Below the pieces are notes generated by a model. It searched no databases, had not been told where the DNA came from, and saw nothing but the letters and a program-made list of their open reading frames with translations. This document shows, one piece after another, positions 41,222 to 49,148 of a DNA stretch of 64,000 nucleotides. The stretch's first letter is position 1, and every line of letters starts with the position of its first letter. Origin of the DNA: a virus (Duplodnaviria > Caudoviricetes); IMG/VR virus record IMGVR_UViG_3300042940_001591; one strand, 5' to 3'. The position numbers were made by a program, and so were the translations under genes.

Positions 41222-42229
41222 TTATTTAAAGTATTTACTTAATTTTTCGCTAATTGCCTGATTAATATCGTTTTTAATTTCGTCTAAATCAAGTTCTTGA
41301 ACATCGTCCTCATAAGATTGTCCCTCACTTGCTTCAATGTCAGCAAATTTACTTAAATCTAATTCGTTTGTATCTTCCTCACCAATTGGTGATTCTATAA
41401 AACTATTTAATAAATCCATAGTTTCACCTAAGTCCTCATCACCAGTTACTGGTTCTTCAGCAGGTACCTCATCTTCTGCAGATGGTTCTGTAATTGGTTC
41501 TTCTCCACCCATCTCTTCTTCCTCTCTTTCAAATTTCTTAGCAATGTCCTCAATATCTTCATCGTCTAATTTATCCAAATCAACAGCAGAAATAATCATG
41601 TTTAAAATGTATTTGATGTCATCACTTTCCATTTTATCCTGTAAATCTCTTAGTTCTTGACCTAATTTACCAGCAAACTTCTGAGCTTCCGCCATATAAT
41701 CTGAGCGTTTCCCTTCACCACCCATTTCTTCACCACCTGATGGAGGTAATTCACCCATTGGTTCTTCTGCTGGTACATCCCCCATTGGCTCTTCGGCCGC
41801 AGGTGGAACACCCATACCAGCGTCAGGTGCTACGGGTGCTGCAGGTGCATCCATAGAAGGTTCCGCTAAAGGAGACTCTTCTTGTGGTTTTGTTTGCTTT
41901 AAAACATATTTTGTTGCTTCTTGTAAATCTTCTTGACCCTTTAAAAGGTCTAATCTTTTAAATGCCTCAGCATAAGACGAAAATTTATTTTTATTTTTCA
42001 TAAACATACCACCAATGTAGTCAAGAGAACTTTCGTTTAATCCCCTTTTTACATAGTATCCGTCTTTTTCTTTAACGATACCATAAACACCCCCATTAGT
42101 TGACTCCTTCACTATTTCGGATTTTTTAGTTGATGATTGGTTATTGTTGTAGTAGGTTAACTCGAGAATTCTCTTTAATTTGTCATCTCCGTTAAGTTTT
42201 TCACTACCAAGTGGTTTTAAATCTGCCAT
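41222..42229 (-). CDS. Acidic hypothetical protein, putative head-internal/scaffold-like
   Basis: LKPLGSEKL start, E/P-rich linkers, IVKES/LNES/LQEA sites. Confidence 0.7.
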   Translation of the reverse strand: MADLKPLGSEKLNGDDKLKRILELTYYNNNQSSTKKSEIVKESTNGGVYGIVKEKDGYYVKRGLNESSLDYIGGMFMKNKNKFSSYAEAFKRLDLLKGQEDLQEATKYVLKQTKPQEESPLAEPSMDAPAAPVAPDAGMGVPPAAEEPMGDVPAEEPMGELPPSGGEEMGGEGKRSDYMAEAQKFAGKLGQELRDLQDKMESDDIKYILNMIISAVDLDKLDDEDIEDIAKKFEREEEEMGGEEPITEPSAEDEVPAEEPVTGDEDLGETMDLLNSFIESPIGEEDTNELDLSKFADIEASEGQSYEDDVQELDLDEIKNDINQAISEKLSKYFK

Positions 42230-42299
42230 TTTATTAATTGTTAGATATGCTTATTCTTATCCTATAAATACATTGATATAGGGAAAAAAATAAGGTTCT

Positions 42300-43046
42300 T
42301 TATTGTGTTATAGATAATTTCTTATCTACAAGTGTTGTTTTTAGTTTTAATAATTTTTCAATATACCCATTTCGTCTAAGTAATTTAAAGGTTAAGTTTT
42401 CATAAGAATACTCTCCGCCGGATTCTAAACCACTTTGTCTAAATTCTTTTAACTTCTTCCTTAACCCCTCAATCGATTCAATAGGTCCTTCCTTCTTAAT
42501 GAGTAAATCGATTTTTTTCATGTATTCTTCGGATTTTTGAAGAATCATATTATCATCAATGTTGGATTTAACCTTATCTGGTTCAACAATCCATTTATCA
42601 TTTAAAATGGAATATACTCCTGAAGATACATGTTCTTCATCAATATCCTGAACATATAATTCAACATCATATCCTTTAATTGTGATATTATGCTTTTCAT
42701 TCCACACATTTTTCTTAGCATCAAAAAACTCCTTTAGTAAATCTAAATTGTAATCAGTCTCTTTAAAATCAATTAAAACATGTAAATCCACGTCAGAATA
42801 GTTTGACCAATTGTAGTTAGCTAAAGAACCTGTAAGAACTATGTCATGAATAAAAAACTCAATACCAAGACTTTCAATAAAGTCATTTGATATCTTTAAT
42901 AAATTTTTTCTGATATCATCTCGCATAGAGAACTCACCATCAGAACCTTCAAAAATTTGTTCCGATAGTGAATCCTTTGGTTTAAAGGACTTGATAATTT
43001 TTTTATCTTCGTCTTTATCCTCAATCAGTTCTTCAAATAAACTCAT
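42300..43046 (-). CDS. Pol-beta-superfamily nucleotidyltransferase
   Basis: IVLTGSLANYNWSNYSDVDLH (GS-x10-DxD) and a third carboxylate in YDVELY. Confidence 0.8.
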   Translation of the reverse strand: MSLFEELIEDKDEDKKIIKSFKPKDSLSEQIFEGSDGEFSMRDDIRKNLLKISNDFIESLGIEFFIHDIVLTGSLANYNWSNYSDVDLHVLIDFKETDYNLDLLKEFFDAKKNVWNEKHNITIKGYDVELYVQDIDEEHVSSGVYSILNDKWIVEPDKVKSNIDDNMILQKSEEYMKKIDLLIKKEGPIESIEGLRKKLKEFRQSGLESGGEYSYENLTFKLLRRNGYIEKLLKLKTTLVDKKLSITQ

Positions 43047-43288
43047 CCTTTTTTTGTGTACTTATGACTTCTGGCGATATTCTCGTTGAAGTATTTTCCT
43101 TGTGATTCAGCAAGTCTAAACTTAGTGAACTTTGCCCAAGGAACTTTATTATACTCATAAATAGCACCATTATTAAAAGTGACAGTCAAATCCTCATTTT
43201 CTGTATTAAATGAAGCTGATTTTAAATTAGATGAATTGATAATAACGTCAATCATCTTTCCATTAATTGTTTCTGAAATTATTGCCAT
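43043..43288 (-). CDS. KTSC domain protein
   Basis: INSSNLKSASFN..LTVTFNNGAIYEYNKVP...AESQGKYFNENI. Confidence 0.88.
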   Translation of the reverse strand: MAIISETINGKMIDVIINSSNLKSASFNTENEDLTVTFNNGAIYEYNKVPWAKFTKFRLAESQGKYFNENIARSHKYTKKG

Positions 43289-43361
43289 AATATAATTGAT
43301 TTAGTACTATAATATACACAATAAATATCAAAATAAAAACCCCCGATAACGGGGGTTAGAT

Positions 43362-43718
43362 TTAATTAAGTGAAATTAACCTTTCAAGTGATTTTTTCCT
43401 ATCAATAGGTAAAGTAAGTTCAAGAACTCCGTTTTCAACCTTACCGACAATGTCTTTTTCCTTTACATCGTCAGGTATATTATAAGATTTTACAAAACTT
43501 CCAATAAAATGATGTGTTTTATCACTTTCTTCTTTTTCGTAAATGATTTTTAATATACCTTCTTTTGTTGAGATTTTTAAATCGTCTTTGGTTAAACCAG
43601 GTACACTTATCGAAACCGAATACTCAGTTTCACTTTTACTAATGTTAGTTTCAGGAGTAGATAAAAATCTGTTAGTATCAAATCCTGTGAAGAATGGGTC
43701 TTTAAATAATGTTATCAT
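43362..43718 (-). CDS. Small heat-shock protein Hsp20 (start set at MITLF)
   Basis: ISVPGLTKDDLKI, FVKSYNIPDDV, GKVENGVLELTLP alpha-crystallin motifs. Confidence 0.9.
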   Translation of the reverse strand: MITLFKDPFFTGFDTNRFLSTPETNISKSETEYSVSISVPGLTKDDLKISTKEGILKIIYEKEESDKTHHFIGSFVKSYNIPDDVKEKDIVGKVENGVLELTLPIDRKKSLERLISLN

Positions 43719-43760
43719 AGTTTTTATATTTTTAACATATGTTTTACAAATTGTAAACCA

Positions 43761-43818
43761 AATGTCTAAAACTGACATTTAGACATTGGTTAGACATTTT
43801 TTTAGACATTTTGACATT
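43761..43818. repeat. Array of five direct GACATT repeats plus one inverted copy between hsp20 and clpC
   Basis: GACATT at 43774, 43782, 43793, 43805, 43813; AATGTC at 43761. Confidence 0.85.
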
Positions 43819-43844
43819 TATTTTTTTTTTAGAATTAAATGTGT

Positions 43845-43852
43845 TATGTTTG
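43845..43852 (+). promoter_or_regulatory. Bacteroidota -7 element for clpC
   Basis: TATGTTTG 22 nt upstream of the ATG. Confidence 0.6.
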
Positions 43853-43874
43853 TACCAACAAAACTTAATAACAC

Positions 43875-45893
43875 ATGGCAGTAGATTTCTTTGAGGACGG
43901 ACCAACCTCAACCCCTAAAAAGGGACGCAAAGGTTCAACCACACCAATTTTAGATAACTTCTCAAGAGATTTAATTAAACTCGCAGAAGAAGGTAAAATT
44001 GATCCCGTTGTTGGTAGGGATAAAGAAGTGAAAAGAATAGCTCAAATTCTTTCACGTAAAAAGAAAAATAATGCGGTTATTGTTGGTGATGCCGGTGTTG
44101 GTAAGTCCGCACTTGTTGAAAAACTTGCTTTAATGATTGTTAAAGGAGATTGTCCAACAAATTTATTAGATAAGCGAATTATGTCTTTAGATTTAACTTC
44201 ACTTGTTGCTGGTACAAAATATCGTGGACAATTTGAAGAACGTATTAAAGCAATTTTAAACGAATTACAAGAATCACCAAATGTAATCGTGTTTATTGAT
44301 GAATTACACACAATGGTGGGTGCAGGTAATGCGAGTGGTGCGATGGATGCTGCAAATATTATGAAACCGGCTTTGGCTCGTGGTGAAATTCAATGTATTG
44401 GTGCAACTACTTTTGATGAATTTAAAAAACACATCGAAAAAGATTCCGCATTAGTTAGAAGATTTCAGAAGGTAATTTTGAAAGAACCTACGATGGCAGA
44501 AACAGTTGAGATTCTTAAAAATTTAAAAGAGTCATATGAAACATTTCATAGGGTATCTTATGAGGAAAATGTAATAGAAACAATTGTTAAACTTTCTGGT
44601 AGATACATTACAGATAGACAATTTCCTGATAAGGCGATTGATGTAATAGACGAATTAGGTTCAGAAAAAAGAGTATCGAGTAGAGTACCCGAATCAATTG
44701 AAAAATTAAAAAAATTGATTGATGAGATAAAAGAAAGAAAAATACAAGTTGTTAAATCTCAAAATTATGAACAAGCGGCAAAATTAAGAGATGAAGAAAA
44801 GAAAATTTTTGATAAACTTGAAAACGAAAAGGTAAAATGGTCAGAAAAACAAAAGGGGAATAAAATTCCTGTGTCCGTTGATGATGTTTATACCATAGTT
44901 TCCGAAATGACTGGTGTACCAATTACTAAACTTGATAGTAAGGAAACAGAAAAACTGTTAAAAATGGAAACCTTATTGACTGATAAAGTAATTGGACAAG
45001 AAGAAGCAATTACAACAATATCAAAAGCAATTAGAAGGAATCGTGTTGGAATCAAAGATGCAAATAAACCTATAGGTTCATTTATCTTTTTAGGATCTAC
45101 GGGTGTTGGTAAAACACATTTAGCGAAATCATTAGCCAATCTTTTATTTGGTGACCCTGAAAAAATCATTCGTGTTGATATGAGTGAGTTTATGGATAGA
45201 CACAATGTTTCTAAATTAATCGGTTCTCCTCCGGGTTACGTTGGATACGATGAAGGTGGTCAATTAACTGAAAAGGTTAAAAACAACCCATTCTCTGTTA
45301 TTTTATTTGATGAGATTGAAAAAGCACATAAAGACGTTTTTAATCTATTATTACAAATTTTAGATGAAGGACATTTAACAGATTCATTTGGTCGAAAAAT
45401 AAACTTCACAAATTGTTTGGTTATCATGACATCCAATTTAGGAGCTAAAAGAGTTTCTGAATTTGGTGGAGGTGTTGGTTTTAATACATCATCGAGCGAA
45501 ACTCAAAAGTATGAGGTAAGAAAATCAATGATACAAAAGGCATTAAAACAACAATTCAATCCTGAATTTTTAAATCGTATTGATGACGTAATATTATTCA
45601 ATGCACTTAACGAAGAAACTCTTAAGAAAATAATTCAAATAGAGGTTGGTAAATTAAACAGTAGATTGTTAGATAAAAATTTCTTAGTAACTTTTGATAA
45701 AACCGTTACAAATAGAATTTTTGAATTAAACAGTCAAGAAGAATATGGTGCTCGTCCTTTAAAACGAATCATTCAAAATCTTTGTGAAGATTTTTTAAGT
45801 GAAGAAATACTAAGAGGAAATATAAAGGAAAACGAACCAATAACTCTTAAATATAAAGATGAAAAATTAACAATTTCAAAAAAATTGTTATAA
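43875..45893 (+). CDS. clpC: ClpC-like AAA+ ATPase lacking the N-terminal domain
   Basis: D1 GDAGVGKS, FIDELH; UVR QNYEQAAKLRDEE; D2 GSTGVGKT, RVDMSEF, GSPPGYVGY, FDEIEKAH; VGF loop; YGARPLKR. Confidence 0.9.
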   Translation: MAVDFFEDGPTSTPKKGRKGSTTPILDNFSRDLIKLAEEGKIDPVVGRDKEVKRIAQILSRKKKNNAVIVGDAGVGKSALVEKLALMIVKGDCPTNLLDKRIMSLDLTSLVAGTKYRGQFEERIKAILNELQESPNVIVFIDELHTMVGAGNASGAMDAANIMKPALARGEIQCIGATTFDEFKKHIEKDSALVRRFQKVILKEPTMAETVEILKNLKESYETFHRVSYEENVIETIVKLSGRYITDRQFPDKAIDVIDELGSEKRVSSRVPESIEKLKKLIDEIKERKIQVVKSQNYEQAAKLRDEEKKIFDKLENEKVKWSEKQKGNKIPVSVDDVYTIVSEMTGVPITKLDSKETEKLLKMETLLTDKVIGQEEAITTISKAIRRNRVGIKDANKPIGSFIFLGSTGVGKTHLAKSLANLLFGDPEKIIRVDMSEFMDRHNVSKLIGSPPGYVGYDEGGQLTEKVKNNPFSVILFDEIEKAHKDVFNLLLQILDEGHLTDSFGRKINFTNCLVIMTSNLGAKRVSEFGGGVGFNTSSSETQKYEVRKSMIQKALKQQFNPEFLNRIDDVILFNALNEETLKKIIQIEVGKLNSRLLDKNFLVTFDKTVTNRIFELNSQEEYGARPLKRIIQNLCEDFLSEEILRGNIKENEPITLKYKDEKLTISKKLL

Positions 45894-45934
45894 ATAGTTG
45901 ACTTTTTATTAAAGTTATATATATTTATATTCTT

Positions 45935-46037
45935 GGAGGTTCTCTTTGTCGATTACCTTTTCGTTTTATTTTCATAAGTAAGTGGGGTTGAACCCACCCA
46001 AAGACCTTAAACCCCGACATCTCGTTGGGGTTTTTTA
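45935..46037 (+). ncRNA. Candidate small RNA with own promoter motif and terminator
   Basis: TATTTAT at 45922; hairpin gtggg-gttgaa-cccac; terminator aaccccgac-atctc-gttggggtt-T7; no ORF. Confidence 0.35.
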
Positions 46038-46081
46038 TTAAAATTTGGTTTTATCAACGGATTTTCGTATATTTACATTAT

Positions 46082-46261
46082 ATGAAAAAATATACATTTA
46101 TCTTAGCACTTGGTGTAGCACTTACACTAACTGCATGTGGTTCAGGGTCAACCGCAACTGAAACAACTGACTCAACTGCGGTTCAAGTAGACACTGCCGC
46201 AGTATCTGCGACAGATTCAACAACTGCACAAATTCCTGCAGACGGTTCATCCGTAAAATAA
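46082..46261 (+). CDS. Small lipoprotein (start set at MKKYTF)
   Basis: Signal peptide II with LTAC lipobox; mature part rich in S/T/A/D. Confidence 0.8.
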   Translation: MKKYTFILALGVALTLTACGSGSTATETTDSTAVQVDTAAVSATDSTTAQIPADGSSVK

Positions 46262-46316
46262 AAATTGGGGTCGGTAACCAATCCGACCTTATTTTTAATT
46301 TTTAAATCTCTCTCCA

Positions 46317-46745
46317 ATGGATACAAATACAGAAAAACAAGGCGATTTAATACTTCTCAGAGGTATTCCTGGTTCGGGTAAAACAACATTTGCCAATGTT
46401 ATATTACAACAACCAAATAACAACCCACAAGAAATATTGTCTGCAGATGATTTTTTTGAGGATGAAAATGGTGAATATAATTTCGACCCAACAAAATTAA
46501 AAGAAGCACACAATTATTGTCAATTTAGATGTTCCGAAAGAATGAGACAACAAAAAGTGAGAATTGTGGTTGCAAATACATTTACACAGGAGTGGGAAAT
46601 GGATGAATATTTTAAAATGGCTGAAAGGTACAATTATAGGGTTCATACAATAATTGTAGAGAATAGGCATGGTAATGAAAATATCCACGGAGTCCCAAAA
46701 GATAAACTTCAACAAATGAAGAATAGGTTTGAAATTAAATTATAG
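46317..46745 (+). CDS. P-loop polynucleotide-kinase-like protein (AAA_33)
   Basis: LILLRGIPGSGKTT, SADD, IVVANTF, NIHGVP. Confidence 0.85.
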   Translation: MDTNTEKQGDLILLRGIPGSGKTTFANVILQQPNNNPQEILSADDFFEDENGEYNFDPTKLKEAHNYCQFRCSERMRQQKVRIVVANTFTQEWEMDEYFKMAERYNYRVHTIIVENRHGNENIHGVPKDKLQQMKNRFEIKL

Positions 46746-46991
46746 ATGAGTCAATTTATTGAATCTTATTTTAAAATAATCTCACAAAAAAAAACAAAAA
46801 TGAAATTTAGTTCACACTTATTTAAAAATCAATGGGCTGTATACCCATTACCTTTTGCATATATCTATTTTGAAACATGTGAACCAGAATCACATAAAAC
46901 ATTACTTGAAAATAAAATATGTGCGGTGTACTTGTCTTTTAATTGGTTAAAATGGACTTACAATGTTGGATTTTATAAACCTATTAGATAA
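46746..46991 (+). CDS. Hypothetical protein
   Basis: ATG ORF coupled (TAATG) to the RNA ligase. Confidence 0.55.
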   Translation: MSQFIESYFKIISQKKTKMKFSSHLFKNQWAVYPLPFAYIYFETCEPESHKTLLENKICAVYLSFNWLKWTYNVGFYKPIR

Positions 46992-48199
46992 TGTTGGAAA
47001 TTTTACAGAAATACCATACTGATGGTTTGTTACATAAACAAACTCACCCAACTCTTGATTTAACTATTTGGAATTATTCACCAAAAGTTCAGTATGAAAG
47101 ATTATGGGATGAGATTACTTTGCAATGTCGTGGATTGGTAACCAACTCAAAAGGAAAAATTGTTGCAAGACCGTTTAAGAAATTCTTCAACTACGAAGAA
47201 CATAAATCAGAAGACATCCCAAATGAAGATTATGTTGTCTATGAAAAAATGGATGGTTCTTTAGGTATTCTCTTTTATTACGAATACGAATTGAGTGATG
47301 AAAGGAGATACAACATATGGTTTAATAATAATTACGAAACGGGCATGGAAAGGTTTTTTGACCCGAACAACTTACCTGATTATGATAATTCATATTATGA
47401 ACCAACACCAAAGACTAAGGGTGAATGGATAATGGCAACTCGTGGGTCATTCACATCACCACAAGCAATTAAGGGAAAAGAAATTCTTGATAACAAATAT
47501 GATGTAAGTTCTTTAAGTAAAAAAAGAACCTATTTGTTTGAGATTATTTATCCCGAAAATCGTATCGTTGTTAATTATGGTAATGAAGAAAAGTTAGTTC
47601 TTCTTGGTGTTATAGATACCGATAGTGGTGAGGAGTTACCCAATAGTTCAATATTTTTTATGCAAGAACAAGGTTTTGAAGTTGTAACAACGTACAAAAC
47701 TTGGGGCGAAGGATATGACTTATTGAAAGAAGAAATATCTAAAGACAAGGAAGGTTATGTCATTCGTTTCAATAATGGTTTCCGTATGAAAATTAAAGGA
47801 GAAGAATATGTTAGACTTCACAAAATTTTAACCAACGTATCAAATAGAGATATATGGGAATATTTGAAAGATAATAAACCATTTGATGAACTACTTGAAA
47901 AAGTTCCGGACGAATTTAATCAATGGGTTAAAGAAACTGTTCGAGATTTAAGATATGCTTGTTTTCAACTAAGAGAACGTGCAGGTAAATTACATGATGG
48001 TTTTAGATATGGAAAATTTAATGACAGGGGCCCTGAGCCATCTAAAAAAGAATTTGCCGAATTTGTTATGAAACAACAAAAAGTTTTACATGCGATTATG
48101 TTCGCAATGTGGAATGGAAATAATGAAAAAGTCGATGACATAATTTGGAAAATAGTTAAACCAGAATATTCAAAACCATTTAAGAAAGATGAAAACTGA
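46991..48199 (+). CDS. RNA ligase (T4 Rnl1-like)
   Basis: CRGLV, RPFKKFFN, EKMDGSLG (motif I), ATRGSF, FEII, EGYV, KIK. Confidence 0.92.
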   Translation: MLEILQKYHTDGLLHKQTHPTLDLTIWNYSPKVQYERLWDEITLQCRGLVTNSKGKIVARPFKKFFNYEEHKSEDIPNEDYVVYEKMDGSLGILFYYEYELSDERRYNIWFNNNYETGMERFFDPNNLPDYDNSYYEPTPKTKGEWIMATRGSFTSPQAIKGKEILDNKYDVSSLSKKRTYLFEIIYPENRIVVNYGNEEKLVLLGVIDTDSGEELPNSSIFFMQEQGFEVVTTYKTWGEGYDLLKEEISKDKEGYVIRFNNGFRMKIKGEEYVRLHKILTNVSNRDIWEYLKDNKPFDELLEKVPDEFNQWVKETVRDLRYACFQLRERAGKLHDGFRYGKFNDRGPEPSKKEFAEFVMKQQKVLHAIMFAMWNGNNEKVDDIIWKIVKPEYSKPFKKDEN

Positions 48200-48674
48200 G
48201 AAAAAAAGATTATACTTAGACGACGTTAGAACACCAATTGGAACTGATTGGGTTATTATAAGAAATTATGAACATTTTGTTTCTACCATTAGATTATATG
48301 GGTTAGAAAATTTTGATGTTATTTCGTTAGACCATGATTTAGGTGATGAGTCTATGATTGAGTACTATACAAATGTAAAAAATAATTATGTTTTAAATTA
48401 TGACAACATAGTTAATGAAAAAACAGGATATGATTGTTGTAAATTTTTAGTGGCTGAAAGTATGTCCAAAAAGATACCCCTTCCCCAAATTTATGTTCAT
48501 TCCGCAAATCCAATCGGTAGTGCTAATATGATGGGATATATTAATAATTATTTAATGAACTGTGGTTTACCCCAAACCTGTATTAGGGTTAAAATTGAAC
48601 ACACAATAGACGAGCCAATGATACTTTCTCCAGAAGCCAGAAAAGCAAAATGGGATAGAAGTAAGGAAAATTAA
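48189..48674 (+). CDS. Cyclic-phosphate-processing receiver-domain protein
   Basis: LYLDDVRTP, ISLDHDLG, KTGYD, VHSANPIG. Confidence 0.8.
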   Translation: MKTEKKRLYLDDVRTPIGTDWVIIRNYEHFVSTIRLYGLENFDVISLDHDLGDESMIEYYTNVKNNYVLNYDNIVNEKTGYDCCKFLVAESMSKKIPLPQIYVHSANPIGSANMMGYINNYLMNCGLPQTCIRVKIEHTIDEPMILSPEARKAKWDRSKEN

Positions 48675-48725
48675 TTTTTATTTTAAAAAAAAATTATTTA
48701 TATTACACTAACCAAATATTAGACA

Positions 48726-49076
48726 ATGGCTTACACAAAAAAAACAAGAACACCATATAAAAAAATGTACATAAAGGGGAAATATGAAGATTTCACTGAT
48801 TTTTATGATATTAATAAAAAATCAATTTATGAAAATATTTTGGAGGTTTTTTATGGTTTCAAAGACAATAAAAAAAGAGTATTAACACTTTATATTCAAG
48901 CGATTATACAAGGTTTGGAATGGGATACCGAGTTTAAATTTAATAGAACTGACACAATTGTTTTAACAAGAGACGTATTACCGTATTTTGAAAGTATTGA
49001 GGATTATGAAAAATGTTCAGAAATAAAAAATTTATATGAAGTATTGACAAATAAAAAAGAATTGTCTATAATTTAA
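48726..49076 (+). CDS. Hypothetical protein
   Basis: ATG ORF; C-terminal FESIEDYEKCSEI (UVR-like). Confidence 0.65.
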   Translation: MAYTKKTRTPYKKMYIKGKYEDFTDFYDINKKSIYENILEVFYGFKDNKKRVLTLYIQAIIQGLEWDTEFKFNRTDTIVLTRDVLPYFESIEDYEKCSEIKNLYEVLTNKKELSII

Positions 49077-49113
49077 TTGTATCAGGAGAGAGGTACATTT
49101 TCATTTTTGTCAC

Positions 49114-49148
49114 ATCCCCGTTGGTTTTAATCATCGGGGATTTTTTTT
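49114..49148 (+). terminator. Intrinsic terminator
   Basis: atccccg...cggggat followed by T8. Confidence 0.7.

Noticed and set aside
43719-43778. Extended Hsp20 start; likewise the extended starts at 46025, 62962 and 53662
   Set aside because: Upstream extensions run through promoter, repeat or terminator sequence or the neighbouring gene; downstream ATGs give proper signal peptides or domain starts.
43761-43818. CIRCE (HrcA) or exact CtsR box
   Set aside because: Sequence matches neither TTAGCACTC-N9-GAGTGCTAA nor the GGTCAAA heptad; kept only as an unknown operator array.
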